From contig JBIOTM010000152.1 in assembly GCA_044865955.1 (NCBI GenBank), forward strand, positions 1 to 63,955: 63,955 bases of DNA, read 5' to 3'. The first letter of the stretch is position 1, and the number at the start of each line of letters is the position of its first letter. Shown one piece after another: positions 30,160 through 39,131 of this stretch. Made by a program: the position numbers and the translations under genes. This DNA is from Actinomycetota bacterium. GTDB taxonomy: Bacteria > Actinomycetota > UBA4738 > HRBIN12. The notes below the pieces were generated by a model. That model worked only from the letters and a program-made list of their open reading frames with translations, searched no databases and was not told the origin of the DNA.

Positions 30160-31482
30160 GTGAGGTTCGCTCCGCACACGGCACCCGAGATCTCGGAGAT
30201 GCTGGCGACGATCGGGCTCTCCTCGCTGGACGAGCTCTTCGAGCAGATCCCCCGCCACGTCCGCCTCGACGGGCCCTTGCGCCTTCCCCGGGGCGTGTCG
30301 GAGATGGAGATCGTCGACGATCTCCGAGCCATGGCGGGACGGAACAAGCACGTCGACGAGCTCGTGTGCTTCGCGGGTGGCGGCGTCTACGACCACTACA
30401 TCCCCTCGCTGGTGTGGGCCCTCGCCGGGCGGTCGGAGCTGTCGACGGCGTATACCCCGTACCAGCCGGAGCTGTCCCAGGGCGTCCTCCAGACGCTCTT
30501 CGAGTTCCAATCGATGATCTGCGAGCTCACCGGGCTCGAGGTATCGAACGCCTCGCTCTACGACGGCGCGACCGCCCTCGTCGAAGCCATCAACATGGCG
30601 AGGGGAGGGGAGCGGCGACGGGTCCTGGTGTCCGAGGGGGTCGACCCGCGGCTGGTCGAGACCCTGCGGACGTACGGGCGCGGCGCCGGGTACGAACCCG
30701 AGATCTTCGCCGCGGAGGGGGGAGCGGGAGGAGCCCCGGACGTGAAGGACGACGTGGCGGCGCTGGTCGTGCAGCACCCCAACGTCCTGGGGATCCTGGA
30801 GCCGGCCGCCACCCTGTTCGAGGCGGCCCACGGAGGTGGCGCGAGGGCGGTGCAGGTCTTCGATCCGCTGTCGCTGGGGGTGCTGGCTCCGCCGGGCGAG
30901 CTCGGCGCCGACATCGCGGTGGCCGAGGGCCAGTCACTCGGGAACCACCTCGCGTTCGGAGGGCCGTACCTGGGTCTGATCGCGGCTCGCATGAGCGACG
31001 TGCGGAAGATGCCGGGCCGGATCGTGGGGGAGACCGTCGACGTCGAGGGAGCTCCCGGCTACGTGCTCACGCTCCAGGCCCGCGAGCAGCACATCCGCCG
31101 GGAGAAGGCCAACTCGAACATCTGCACGAACCAGACGCTCATGGCGATCGCCGCGACGGTCTACCTCGGATGGCTCGGCCCCCAGGGCCTCGCGGAGATC
31201 GGACGGCAGTGCGCGGCCAAGGCCGCGTACGCGGCGGGGCGACTCGTCGAGGTGCCGGGGGTCTCCCTCCTGCATCCGGACGCCCCGTTCTTCAAGGAGT
31301 TCGCGCTCCGTGTCCCGGCCCCGGCGTCCGCCGTGGTAGAGGCTCTGCTGGACCACGGGTTCCTGGGAGGTGTCGCCCTCCCCGCAGCGGGAGCGGACGT
31401 GCTCCTGGTCGCCGTCACCGAGCGGCGGACCCGGGAGGAGATCGACCGGTTCGCCGCCGCGATGAAGGAGGTGCTGGCGTGA
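30160..31482 (+). CDS. gcvPA: Glycine dehydrogenase (decarboxylating) subunit 1
   Basis: GTG at 30160. F.PHT..EI.EML..IG..SLDELF..IP, YTPYQPELSQG.LQ..FEFQ and REQHIRREKA.SNICTNQ. Confidence 0.93.
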   Translation: MRFAPHTAPEISEMLATIGLSSLDELFEQIPRHVRLDGPLRLPRGVSEMEIVDDLRAMAGRNKHVDELVCFAGGGVYDHYIPSLVWALAGRSELSTAYTPYQPELSQGVLQTLFEFQSMICELTGLEVSNASLYDGATALVEAINMARGGERRRVLVSEGVDPRLVETLRTYGRGAGYEPEIFAAEGGAGGAPDVKDDVAALVVQHPNVLGILEPAATLFEAAHGGGARAVQVFDPLSLGVLAPPGELGADIAVAEGQSLGNHLAFGGPYLGLIAARMSDVRKMPGRIVGETVDVEGAPGYVLTLQAREQHIRREKANSNICTNQTLMAIAATVYLGWLGPQGLAEIGRQCAAKAAYAAGRLVEVPGVSLLHPDAPFFKEFALRVPAPASAVVEALLDHGFLGGVALPAAGADVLLVAVTERRTREEIDRFAAAMKEVLA

Positions 31483-32954
31483 CCGCCGTCGGAGCGCCGA
31501 TCCGGCGGCAGGGTCCCTCCGGCGACGGCACGATCCGTGATCGCGCCGTCGCCGGCCGGCGGGCGTGGAGCCTGCCCGACCTGGACGTGCCGGAGGCGCC
31601 GATCCCGGCCGACCAGGCTCGGCGCGAGCGGCCGGGGCTGCCGGAGGTGGGCGAGGTCGACCTGGTCCGCCACTACACGCGCCTGTCGCAGGCGAACTAT
31701 GGCCTCGATACCGGCATGTATCCGCTGGGCTCGTGCACGATGAAGTACAACCCCAAGGTCGCCGAGACGGTGGCCGGGTTGCCGGGCTTCCAGCGGCTCC
31801 ATCCGCTCCAACCCGACGCCACCGTCCAGGGCGTCCTGGAGGTCCTGTGGCGTCTGGAGCGAGCGCTGTGCGAGATCGCCGGGATGTCGCGTGCCACGCT
31901 CCAACCGCCCGCCGGCGCGTGCGGCGAGATGACCGGGCTGCTGCTGATGCGGGCGTACCACGAGGACCGTGGCGGCGGTCGCACCCGCGTGATCATCCCG
32001 GACTCCGCCCACGGCACCAACCCCGCGAGCGTCCGACTGGCGGGGTTCGAAGCCGTCCCGGTCCGGTCGGACGCTCGCGGCCTGGTGGACGTCGGCGCGC
32101 TCCGCACGCTGGTGGACGACCGGGTCGCCGGCCTGATGCTCACGAACCCGAACACCCTGGGGTTGTTCGAGGAGGAGATCGAGCAGATCGCGGCAGAGAT
32201 CCACGGCGTCGGCGGGCTCCTCTACTACGACGGGGCGAACCTGAACGCGATCCTCGGACGATGCCGGCCGGGGGACATGGGGTTCGACATCGTCCACATC
32301 AACACCCACAAGACGTTCGCCACGCCGCACGGCGGCGGGGGACCGGGGGCCGGGCCCGTCGGGGTGAACGAGGAGCTCGTGCCCTACCTCCCGTCCCCCC
32401 GCATCGAGCGCGGTGACGACGGGACGTTCGCCATGGTGCCGGGCGGCGAGCGGTCGATCGGTCGGATGCACGGGTTCCACGGCAACGTGGGGATCCTCGT
32501 CCGGGCCTACTCGTACGTGTTCCTCCACGGCGCGGACGGGTTGAAGGCCGTGAGCGAGCTCGCTGCGCTGAACGCGAACTACCTGGCCCATCTGGTGTCG
32601 GCGGACTTCCCGCTCGCGCACCCGGACGTCCGGCCGATGCACGAGTTCGTGGCGACGGCCAAGCCGCTCCGGGAGGCCACCGGGCTCCGCGCCATGGACG
32701 TCGCGAAGCGCGTGATCGATCTGGGGTTCCACCCGCCGACCGTGTACTTCCCCCTCGTCGTGGACGAAGCGATGATGGTCGAGCCCACCGAGACCGAGTC
32801 GAAGGCGACCCTCGAGGCGTACGCCGAGGCCCTCCGGCAGGCCGCGCGGGAGGCTCGGGACCATCCCGAGGCGCTCCGGGAGGCGCCCGTGACGACGCCG
32901 GTCCGTCGCCTCGACGAGGCCCGCGCGGCAAGGGCTCTCAAGCTCCACTGGTAG
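31479..32954 (+). CDS. gcvPB: Glycine dehydrogenase (decarboxylating) subunit 2 (PLP-binding)
   Basis: GTGA overlap with gcvPA. LVRHYTRLSQANYGLDTGMYPLGSCTMKYNPK, and NTHKTFATPHGGGGPG contains the PLP lysine. Confidence 0.93.
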   Translation: MTAVGAPIRRQGPSGDGTIRDRAVAGRRAWSLPDLDVPEAPIPADQARRERPGLPEVGEVDLVRHYTRLSQANYGLDTGMYPLGSCTMKYNPKVAETVAGLPGFQRLHPLQPDATVQGVLEVLWRLERALCEIAGMSRATLQPPAGACGEMTGLLLMRAYHEDRGGGRTRVIIPDSAHGTNPASVRLAGFEAVPVRSDARGLVDVGALRTLVDDRVAGLMLTNPNTLGLFEEEIEQIAAEIHGVGGLLYYDGANLNAILGRCRPGDMGFDIVHINTHKTFATPHGGGGPGAGPVGVNEELVPYLPSPRIERGDDGTFAMVPGGERSIGRMHGFHGNVGILVRAYSYVFLHGADGLKAVSELAALNANYLAHLVSADFPLAHPDVRPMHEFVATAKPLREATGLRAMDVAKRVIDLGFHPPTVYFPLVVDEAMMVEPTETESKATLEAYAEALRQAAREARDHPEALREAPVTTPVRRLDEARAARALKLHW

Positions 32955-33095
32955 CGCCCGGACCCCCCTACCCGCGACCGGGTACCCCCGGCTAGTCACC
33001 TTTGACCAGATCCCTCTCAAGGCATCCCGCCCGGTGCCGATGTTCGGGGGGCAGGGGCGGCCGAGGGAGCCGCCCGTCGGCAAGGAGGCGGAACG

Positions 33096-33548
33096 ATGAG
33101 TCGAGGTCTGGTCAAGGCCACGAAGGTCTTGGGACTCACCCTCGCCCTCTCCGTGATGCTGGGGGCGCTGGCGCCCACCGCCCGCGCAGCCTGGACACCC
33201 CGACGCGACATGCTGTCGTGGATGAACTCCGCGAGGAGCAACCATGGGGCGATCAGCCTGTGGTCGGGATGGCGGCTGCGGACGATGGCGGACCTTCACA
33301 GCCAGCAGATGGCGGGGGCCGGCAGGATCTTCCACACCGCATCGTTGGGCTCGAGGCTCACCTTCGTGTCCTGGAGCGTGGCGGGGGAGAACGTCGGCGC
33401 CGGAGGCACGATGCGCGCGCTGTTCGACGCGTTCATGCGAAGCGATGCTCACCGCGCCAACATCCTGGGGCGCGGGTACCGCCGCGTCGGGATCGGCGTC
33501 TTCCCGAAGGATGGGTTCCTCTGGGTGACGATGATCTTCGTCGGGTAG
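33096..33548 (+). CDS. Secreted CAP/SCP-domain protein (paralog of 28703-29167)
   Basis: aaggagg 6 nt before the ATG. Signal peptide ending ARA-AW. AGENVG...... AFMRSDAHRANILGRGYRRVGIG. Confidence 0.8.
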   Translation: MSRGLVKATKVLGLTLALSVMLGALAPTARAAWTPRRDMLSWMNSARSNHGAISLWSGWRLRTMADLHSQQMAGAGRIFHTASLGSRLTFVSWSVAGENVGAGGTMRALFDAFMRSDAHRANILGRGYRRVGIGVFPKDGFLWVTMIFVG

Positions 33549-33570
33549 CGGTCTGGCCCGGCGAACAGGG

Positions 33571-33602
33571 AAGGGGCGGGGTCCCGGAGGACCCCGCCCC
33601 TT
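33571..33602. terminator. Bidirectional intrinsic-terminator-like hairpin between convergent genes
   Basis: aaggggcggggtcc-cgga-ggaccccgcccctt, a perfect 14-bp stem with a 4-nt loop. Confidence 0.75.
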
Positions 33603-33617
33603 CGTGCTCCTCCTCCG

Positions 33618-36600
33618 CTAGGCGGCTTCGCGCTGCGGACGCCGCCTCCGGGTCGCCGCGACCACGGTCACGCCGATCCCGAACAGGGCCAGGGAGATCA
33701 GGCCCAGCCGTCCCGCGTCCGATCCCGTGAAGGGGGTCGTCGGGGGCTTCGGCTTCGGCGGGTTCGCACCCGCGATCGGGGTCACGATGGCGTTGTCGTT
33801 GGCGCGCACCGAATGACCCAGGATGTCCCGGCCCTCGACCGTCCCCACGTTGATCACCGGCTGGTCGCCCACCACGAAGTCCTTGGTCAGCGTGGCCGAG
33901 AAGCCCGGCTCGAGGACGTCGATGTCCCCGATGTGGCCCAGGATGTCGTCGTCGACGCTGATGTCGAACAGCGTGGTGTCGCCGGTGTTCGTGACCACGT
34001 AGGTGTAGGTCACCGTGTCGCCGATGTCCACGATCTCGTCGGACACCGTCTTCACGATGGCGATCGCCGGGTGGATGATGTCCACCACGTGGTCGTCGGT
34101 GTCGGTGACCTCCTGGCCGCCTTCGCCCTCGTGCGTGTCACCGCGGATCGTGCCCGTGTTCGGGAGCGGATCCGGGTCATCGTTGGTCACCAGGTGCGTG
34201 CACGTGTACTGCCACACCTCGCTGACCGCGAGCACCGCGTCCCCGTCGCCGTCGTCCACGAGCGCGACCGTCCCGTCGTCGCAGATCGGGTCGGTCAGCT
34301 CCACGTCGAACAGATCCACCTCGCCGGTGTTCGTGACCTCGAACAGGTAGGTGATCGTGTCGCCGCGGTGGACCATCGCCGGCCCGTCCTTGACGATCTG
34401 GATGTCGGGCTGCAGGACCGTGGTCGAACAGGAGGCCGAATCGGTGGCCTCGGTCTGCGAGTCCGCTCCGAAGCCGGTGGCGGTGACCGTGTTCTCCACC
34501 GACAGCTGCTCGGCACCCGGCGTGAACGCGTAGGTGGCCGTGGCCGTCGCCCCGACCGGGAACGGGACCGAGAAGTCGACGTCGAACTCGTCGGTGATGT
34601 CGCCCGCCAGCGAGTCGTTCACCGTCACGTCGACCAGCGGCTCGTTGCCGGTGTTGGTGACCGTCACCGTGTACTCGATGTCCTCACCGAACGGCACCGA
34701 CTCCGGGCAGGACTTCTCCACGTCGATCCCCGGTGCGTGGGTGATGTCGGTCTGGCAGGACGCCTCGTCCGAGGCCTCGGCCTTGGAGTCCTCACCGGTG
34801 CCCGTCGCCGTCACGGTGTTCGTGAGCGGGTCCGGGTCGCCCTCCTTGGGCGAGTACGTGACGACCGCCGTGGCGAACCCGTCCACCGGGAACGGGACCG
34901 AGAAGTCGACGTCGAACTCGCCCGTGATGTCGCCCAGCAGGGTGTCGTCCACGGTGACGTCGACCAGCGGCTCGTTGCCGGTGTTCTCGACGGTGATCGT
35001 GTACTCGATGTCCTCACCGAACGGCACCGACTCCGGGCAGGACTTCTCCACGTCGATCCCCGGTGCGTGGGTGATATCGGTTTGGCACGAATCGGTGTCG
35101 GTCACCGCCTCGTCCGAGATCGAGCCGTTCGCCGTCACCGTGGCGCTGTTGGGCAGCGGGTCGGGCTCGGTCCCGTCGGCGTCGTAGACGAACTGCGCCG
35201 AATCAGATGCGCCGGGAGCCAGCGTGTCCACGAAGAGGTTCGAGATGTCGACCGCGGCGTTCCCGTTCACGGTGTCGGTGACCTCGATGCCCTCGAGCGC
35301 CTCGTCGCCCACGTTCTCGATCGTGATCTCGTAGGTGATGTCGTCACCGACCGCCGAGGTCTCCGGGCAGGTCTTCGTGATGCTGATCTCCGGGTGCAGG
35401 ATGTCCGTCTCGCAGGAGGCGGACCCGGTGAGCGTCGCGTGCGAGACGGCCCCCTGCGCCGTCACCGTCACCGAGTTCGGCAGCGGGTCGGGATCGTTCG
35501 CCAGCACCGTGTACTCGAAGTCCCGAGTCACCGTGGCGCCCGCCGCGACCGAGGCTGGGAACAGGCCCGTGATGTTCACCCCGGTGTGCCCGTTCACGGT
35601 GTCCACGACGCTGGTGATGTTGAGCGTCTCGTTCCCCGTGTTCTCGATCGAGATGGAGTAGGTGATCGTGTCACCCACCAGCGCGGAGTCCGGGCACGTC
35701 TTGTTGACGTCCATCCCCGGCTGCGCGACGTCCTCGACCTTCTTCATCGGCACCGTCTCCTGGCCGACGTTCACCGTGTCGGGGTTCGGACTGACGATCC
35801 GGGCCGCGTCGATAGCGGTCAGGATGTTGCCCGTCGGGCTCGCGCCCACGAGGCACCCCAGGTGGACCACCACCCGGACGATGATCGTCTCGCCCGGATC
35901 CACGCCCGTGATCGTCACGGTGCCCTGGACCTCGTCGTAGCCCTGGGTGTCCAGGTGCTCGTTCGAGAGCGAGGCCGCCTCGTTGCCGTTCGAGTCCATC
36001 CCGCTGTCGCCGGTGTTGATGCCGACGCTGACGATGTCGTCGAACCCCAGCCCCGGCTGGCCGGTCGTCTCCGCGCCGAAGGAGTAGTCCAGCGCGACGC
36101 TGCCGCTGCCGCCGGCGTCCTCGGCCACGACGACCTGCGTGAAGAACACGACGAGGTCGCCGCACTTGAAGTCGCCGCCCTCCAGGGACTCGACGACACC
36201 CGTGGTCTTGCTGATCACGCGGCCGTCGTACTCGCCGCCCACTCCGGTCTGGTGGTTGTACGTGAAGGGACCCGCCGCCACGTAGTCGAGCTCGATGTCA
36301 CCTCCGTCCAGACCGCTCGGCTGGGGAGCCAACGCCCCCCCGCCGCCGGCGCGTGCCACGTTCAGCTTCGTGCCCATGCTGCCCGTCGACTCGACGGACG
36401 TGGTCCGCGTCGTCGACCTGGTGGTCGGCGCCTCCGCCGCCTCCTCGGCGGGCGCCTCCTCCTCGGCGGGCGCCGCCTCCTCGGCGGGAGCCTCGTCCAC
36501 GGGCGCCTCCTCCGCGGTCGGCGCCGTCTCCTCCGCCGGAGCCGTCCCCTCTGCGGGTGCCTCCGTCGACGTGTCTGCGGCCGCCTCCGTCGCGGCGTCG

Positions 36601-36791
36601 TCCGTCGTCGCGTCTGCCGTCGCCCCCCCGTCATCGGCGACGACGGCGTCCGTCGCGGTGGCGTCGTCCGCCAGCGCGATCAGCGAGCTGCCCTGTCCGA
36701 GCGCGAACGCGAACAGGAGCAGGAAGGAAACGAACACGGCGAGACCGCGACGGTTGCCGCGTCTACGCCGGAAGTTCGTCCTCGTACCCAT
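33618..36791 (-). CDS. Large cell-surface protein: signal peptide, Ala/Glu/Thr/Pro-rich spacer, unknown N-domain, six DUF11-type (conserved repeat) Ig-like modules, C-terminal sorting-signal-like tail
   Basis: ATG at 36791 preceded by ggggaggtggggg (the ORF is also open from TTG 36806). Modules read K.CP......G..I.Y.I...N.GN..L..V.V.D. The tail is TTPFTGSDAG + hydrophobic helix + RRRRP. Confidence 0.85.
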   Translation of the reverse strand: MGTRTNFRRRRGNRRGLAVFVSFLLLFAFALGQGSSLIALADDATATDAVVADDGGATADATTDDAATEAAADTSTEAPAEGTAPAEETAPTAEEAPVDEAPAEEAAPAEEEAPAEEAAEAPTTRSTTRTTSVESTGSMGTKLNVARAGGGGALAPQPSGLDGGDIELDYVAAGPFTYNHQTGVGGEYDGRVISKTTGVVESLEGGDFKCGDLVVFFTQVVVAEDAGGSGSVALDYSFGAETTGQPGLGFDDIVSVGINTGDSGMDSNGNEAASLSNEHLDTQGYDEVQGTVTITGVDPGETIIVRVVVHLGCLVGASPTGNILTAIDAARIVSPNPDTVNVGQETVPMKKVEDVAQPGMDVNKTCPDSALVGDTITYSISIENTGNETLNITSVVDTVNGHTGVNITGLFPASVAAGATVTRDFEYTVLANDPDPLPNSVTVTAQGAVSHATLTGSASCETDILHPEISITKTCPETSAVGDDITYEITIENVGDEALEGIEVTDTVNGNAAVDISNLFVDTLAPGASDSAQFVYDADGTEPDPLPNSATVTANGSISDEAVTDTDSCQTDITHAPGIDVEKSCPESVPFGEDIEYTITVENTGNEPLVDVTVDDTLLGDITGEFDVDFSVPFPVDGFATAVVTYSPKEGDPDPLTNTVTATGTGEDSKAEASDEASCQTDITHAPGIDVEKSCPESVPFGEDIEYTVTVTNTGNEPLVDVTVNDSLAGDITDEFDVDFSVPFPVGATATATYAFTPGAEQLSVENTVTATGFGADSQTEATDSASCSTTVLQPDIQIVKDGPAMVHRGDTITYLFEVTNTGEVDLFDVELTDPICDDGTVALVDDGDGDAVLAVSEVWQYTCTHLVTNDDPDPLPNTGTIRGDTHEGEGGQEVTDTDDHVVDIIHPAIAIVKTVSDEIVDIGDTVTYTYVVTNTGDTTLFDISVDDDILGHIGDIDVLEPGFSATLTKDFVVGDQPVINVGTVEGRDILGHSVRANDNAIVTPIAGANPPKPKPPTTPFTGSDAGRLGLISLALFGIGVTVVAATRRRRPQREAA
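34430..35090 (-). repeat. In-frame tandem duplication (2 x ~330 bp = 2 x 110 aa) inside the 1057-aa surface protein gene
   Basis: 34669-34745 is identical to 34999-35075 (77 bp). Further matching blocks share the same 330-bp offset (e.g. 34557 vs 34887). At protein level QTDITHAPGIDVEKSCPESVPFGEDIEYT.TV.NTGNEPLVDVTV occurs twice. Outer boundaries are approximate. Confidence 0.85.
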
Positions 36792-37025
36792 CCCCCACCT
36801 CCCCAACTGGTGATGCTCCGACTACCTGGCCGATGGACCGGGCCCACGCCCTACGGCGAACACCGTGGTCCGATGCACGCGACGGTATCTCCCTCCTCCG
36901 GGGGACAGCATCGGGCGAACGGCCTGACAATCCTCCGGACGGACGGTGTAGTCCGTTCGGAGGAGTCAGATTGTGGAGGAAGCGGCCGGATCGCGCAAGA
37001 CAGAAACGCAGTAACCCATATGAGG

Positions 37026-37054
37026 GAACGGGGCCCCGGATCGGGGCCCCGTTC
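37026..37054 (-). terminator. Intrinsic-terminator-like hairpin after the 690-aa surface protein gene
   Basis: gaacggggcccc-ggatc-ggggccccgttc, a 12-bp stem starting 5 nt beyond the stop. It shares the flanking word gttcgtgctc / cttcgtgctc with the hairpin at 33571. Confidence 0.65.
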
Positions 37055-37058
37055 GTGC

Positions 37059-39131
37059 TCAGGAGGGCCGGTCGGCGGCCTCCCGGCGGCGGCGGGTGGC
37101 CGCGATCACGATCGCGCCCAGGCCGGCGAGGACGGCGGCGAGGGCCCCCAGGGCCCCGCTGTCGGATCCGGTGAACGGTGTGCCGCCGGTGCCGTTCCCG
37201 TCCCCACCGCCGCCCGCCGAGACGACGGTCACGGTGGCGTCGTCGCTCGCGGTGACGGTCAGACCGAGGACGTCGGAGCCCGAGGCGGTCCCCAGGTTGG
37301 TGATGGGGGAGGACCCCAGGGTGATCCCGTGGGTGAGCTCCACGGTCGTGCCGGGTGCGAGGCTCGCGATGTCCCCGATGTGGCCCTCCACGTCGTCGTC
37401 CACCGAGATGTCGTGGAGCGACGTGTCCCCGGTGTTCGTGACCGCATAGGTGTACACGATCGCGGTACCTGCCGGTCCCGAGGTGGGGGAGGCGGTCTTC
37501 TCGATGGCGATGTCGGGATGGATCACGTTCACGTCGTGGGCGTCCGAGTCCGAGACCGTGCCGCCCTCGTGCGAGCCGCTCACGGAGGCCACGTTGTGCA
37601 CGGGGTCACCGTCGGCGACGGTCACGACGTGCCGGCACTCGTACGTCCAGGCCTCGCCGACGGACAGGGTCGCGTCCCCGTCCCCGTCGTCGACCAGCGC
37701 CGGCGCGTCGTCGCACTTGGTGTCGGTCAGGTGGATGTCCGTGAGATCGATCCCGCCGGGGTTGCTCACCACGAACACGTACCCGACCGTGTCGCCCACG
37801 TGCGCGAGCGTCGGGCCGCCCTTGACGACGCTGATCTCGGCCACGCACGCGATCTCGTCGGAGGCCTCGGCGCGGTTGTCCGCTCCGACGTTCGCCGCGG
37901 GCTCGTTGGCGGCCTCGACGTCGACCACGTTGGTGATGGGACCGCAGACGTCGCCGTTCACCTCGACAGAGATCGTCACCGTCGCCGACTCGCCCGGACC
38001 GAGCGACGCCGGCCCGCAGTCGACCGTCGTCACGGGGAGGCCCGGCAGGACCACCGAGCTCGCGACGGTGCAGAAGGCGCCCTGGAACGAGGGCAGGGGC
38101 GCGATCAGGACGTCGAGCCCCGCCGGGAGCTCGTCGTGCACCTCGACCCCGGTGGCCGTCTCGCCGCCGACGTTGGTCACGGTGATCGTGTAGGCGAACC
38201 GGTCGCCGTCCGCGAGGACGCCATCGGCGCTCGACCCCTTCGTGACGGTCACATCGGGTGGCGTCGGCTCCGCGCACTCGACGTCGTTGGTCACCTCGTT
38301 CGAGGTGTCGTTCTCCGTCGCGCCACCCGTCTCGTTGGTCGCGGAGACCACGGCGTGGTTCGAGACCGTCCCGCAGGTCTCCTCGTCGACGATCACCGTC
38401 ACGTCGACATCGACGTGGGCACCGGGGCCGATGTCACCGAGCGCGCACGTGACCGTGCCGGCCGACTCCGTGCAGCCCGCGTCGGCGGCATCGAACGTGA
38501 CGCCGGCAGGAAGGGTGTCGCTGACCTCAACCCCGGTGGCCGTCCCCTCGCCCTGGTTCGTGACGGTCAGCGTGTACGTGATGGCGTCGCCGTGGTCCAC
38601 GGACCCGGCCGGGTCGTTCGACTTGGCGACGACCACGTCGGGCTGGGTGGGCACGTCGTTCCAGCAGAACGCGACGTGGCTGACGTTGTAGAACCCCCCG
38701 TCGGACTTCTGCGGCGTGTGGAGGTCCTGGTCGCCCGTGTCTCCGGCGGGATAGGTGAAGAGGTCGCCGCCGCTGGGGCCCCCCTTCACGTACACGCCGT
38801 GGATCGGGAGGGTCGAGGACCAGTCGACGAACCCGGTCGGGCTGTTGTAACCGGTCACGGTGACGGTGAGGTCACCGCTGGAGACCTGACCGTTCCCCGC
38901 GATCTTGATGCCGTGGTCGAACCCGAGCTCCCCGCAGTCGTCGCTGGAGGACCGGGTGTCGACGATCACCGGCTGCACGCCGTCCGCGGACGGGGGTCCG
39001 GGTGTGTCGGCCCCCGCGGCGGCGACCGCCACCGGGGTGCCGGCCAGCCCGACGGCGATCCCCGCCACGAGCAGGGCGCCGAAGATCGCGGTCCGTCGCC
39101 GGTACCCGGCGCGGTGGTTGCCTCTGGTCAT
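37059..39131 (-). CDS. Cell-surface protein with four DUF11-type modules and the same C-terminal tail (paralog of 33618-36791)
   Basis: Signal peptide MTRGNHRAGYRRRTAIFGALLVAGIAVGLAG. Modules include DAITYTLTVTNQGEGTATGVEVSDTLP. The last two modules align with those of the larger gene. The tail is GGTPFTGSDSG + hydrophobic helix + RRRRE. Confidence 0.85.
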   Translation of the reverse strand: MTRGNHRAGYRRRTAIFGALLVAGIAVGLAGTPVAVAAAGADTPGPPSADGVQPVIVDTRSSSDDCGELGFDHGIKIAGNGQVSSGDLTVTVTGYNSPTGFVDWSSTLPIHGVYVKGGPSGGDLFTYPAGDTGDQDLHTPQKSDGGFYNVSHVAFCWNDVPTQPDVVVAKSNDPAGSVDHGDAITYTLTVTNQGEGTATGVEVSDTLPAGVTFDAADAGCTESAGTVTCALGDIGPGAHVDVDVTVIVDEETCGTVSNHAVVSATNETGGATENDTSNEVTNDVECAEPTPPDVTVTKGSSADGVLADGDRFAYTITVTNVGGETATGVEVHDELPAGLDVLIAPLPSFQGAFCTVASSVVLPGLPVTTVDCGPASLGPGESATVTISVEVNGDVCGPITNVVDVEAANEPAANVGADNRAEASDEIACVAEISVVKGGPTLAHVGDTVGYVFVVSNPGGIDLTDIHLTDTKCDDAPALVDDGDGDATLSVGEAWTYECRHVVTVADGDPVHNVASVSGSHEGGTVSDSDAHDVNVIHPDIAIEKTASPTSGPAGTAIVYTYAVTNTGDTSLHDISVDDDVEGHIGDIASLAPGTTVELTHGITLGSSPITNLGTASGSDVLGLTVTASDDATVTVVSAGGGGDGNGTGGTPFTGSDSGALGALAAVLAGLGAIVIAATRRRREAADRPS

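Noticed and set aside
33618-39131. Sortase or other sorting enzyme adjacent to the TPFTG-tailed proteins
   Set aside because: No ORF in the window shows a sortase TLxTC motif or an exosortase/rhombosortase-like polytopic pattern, so none is annotated.
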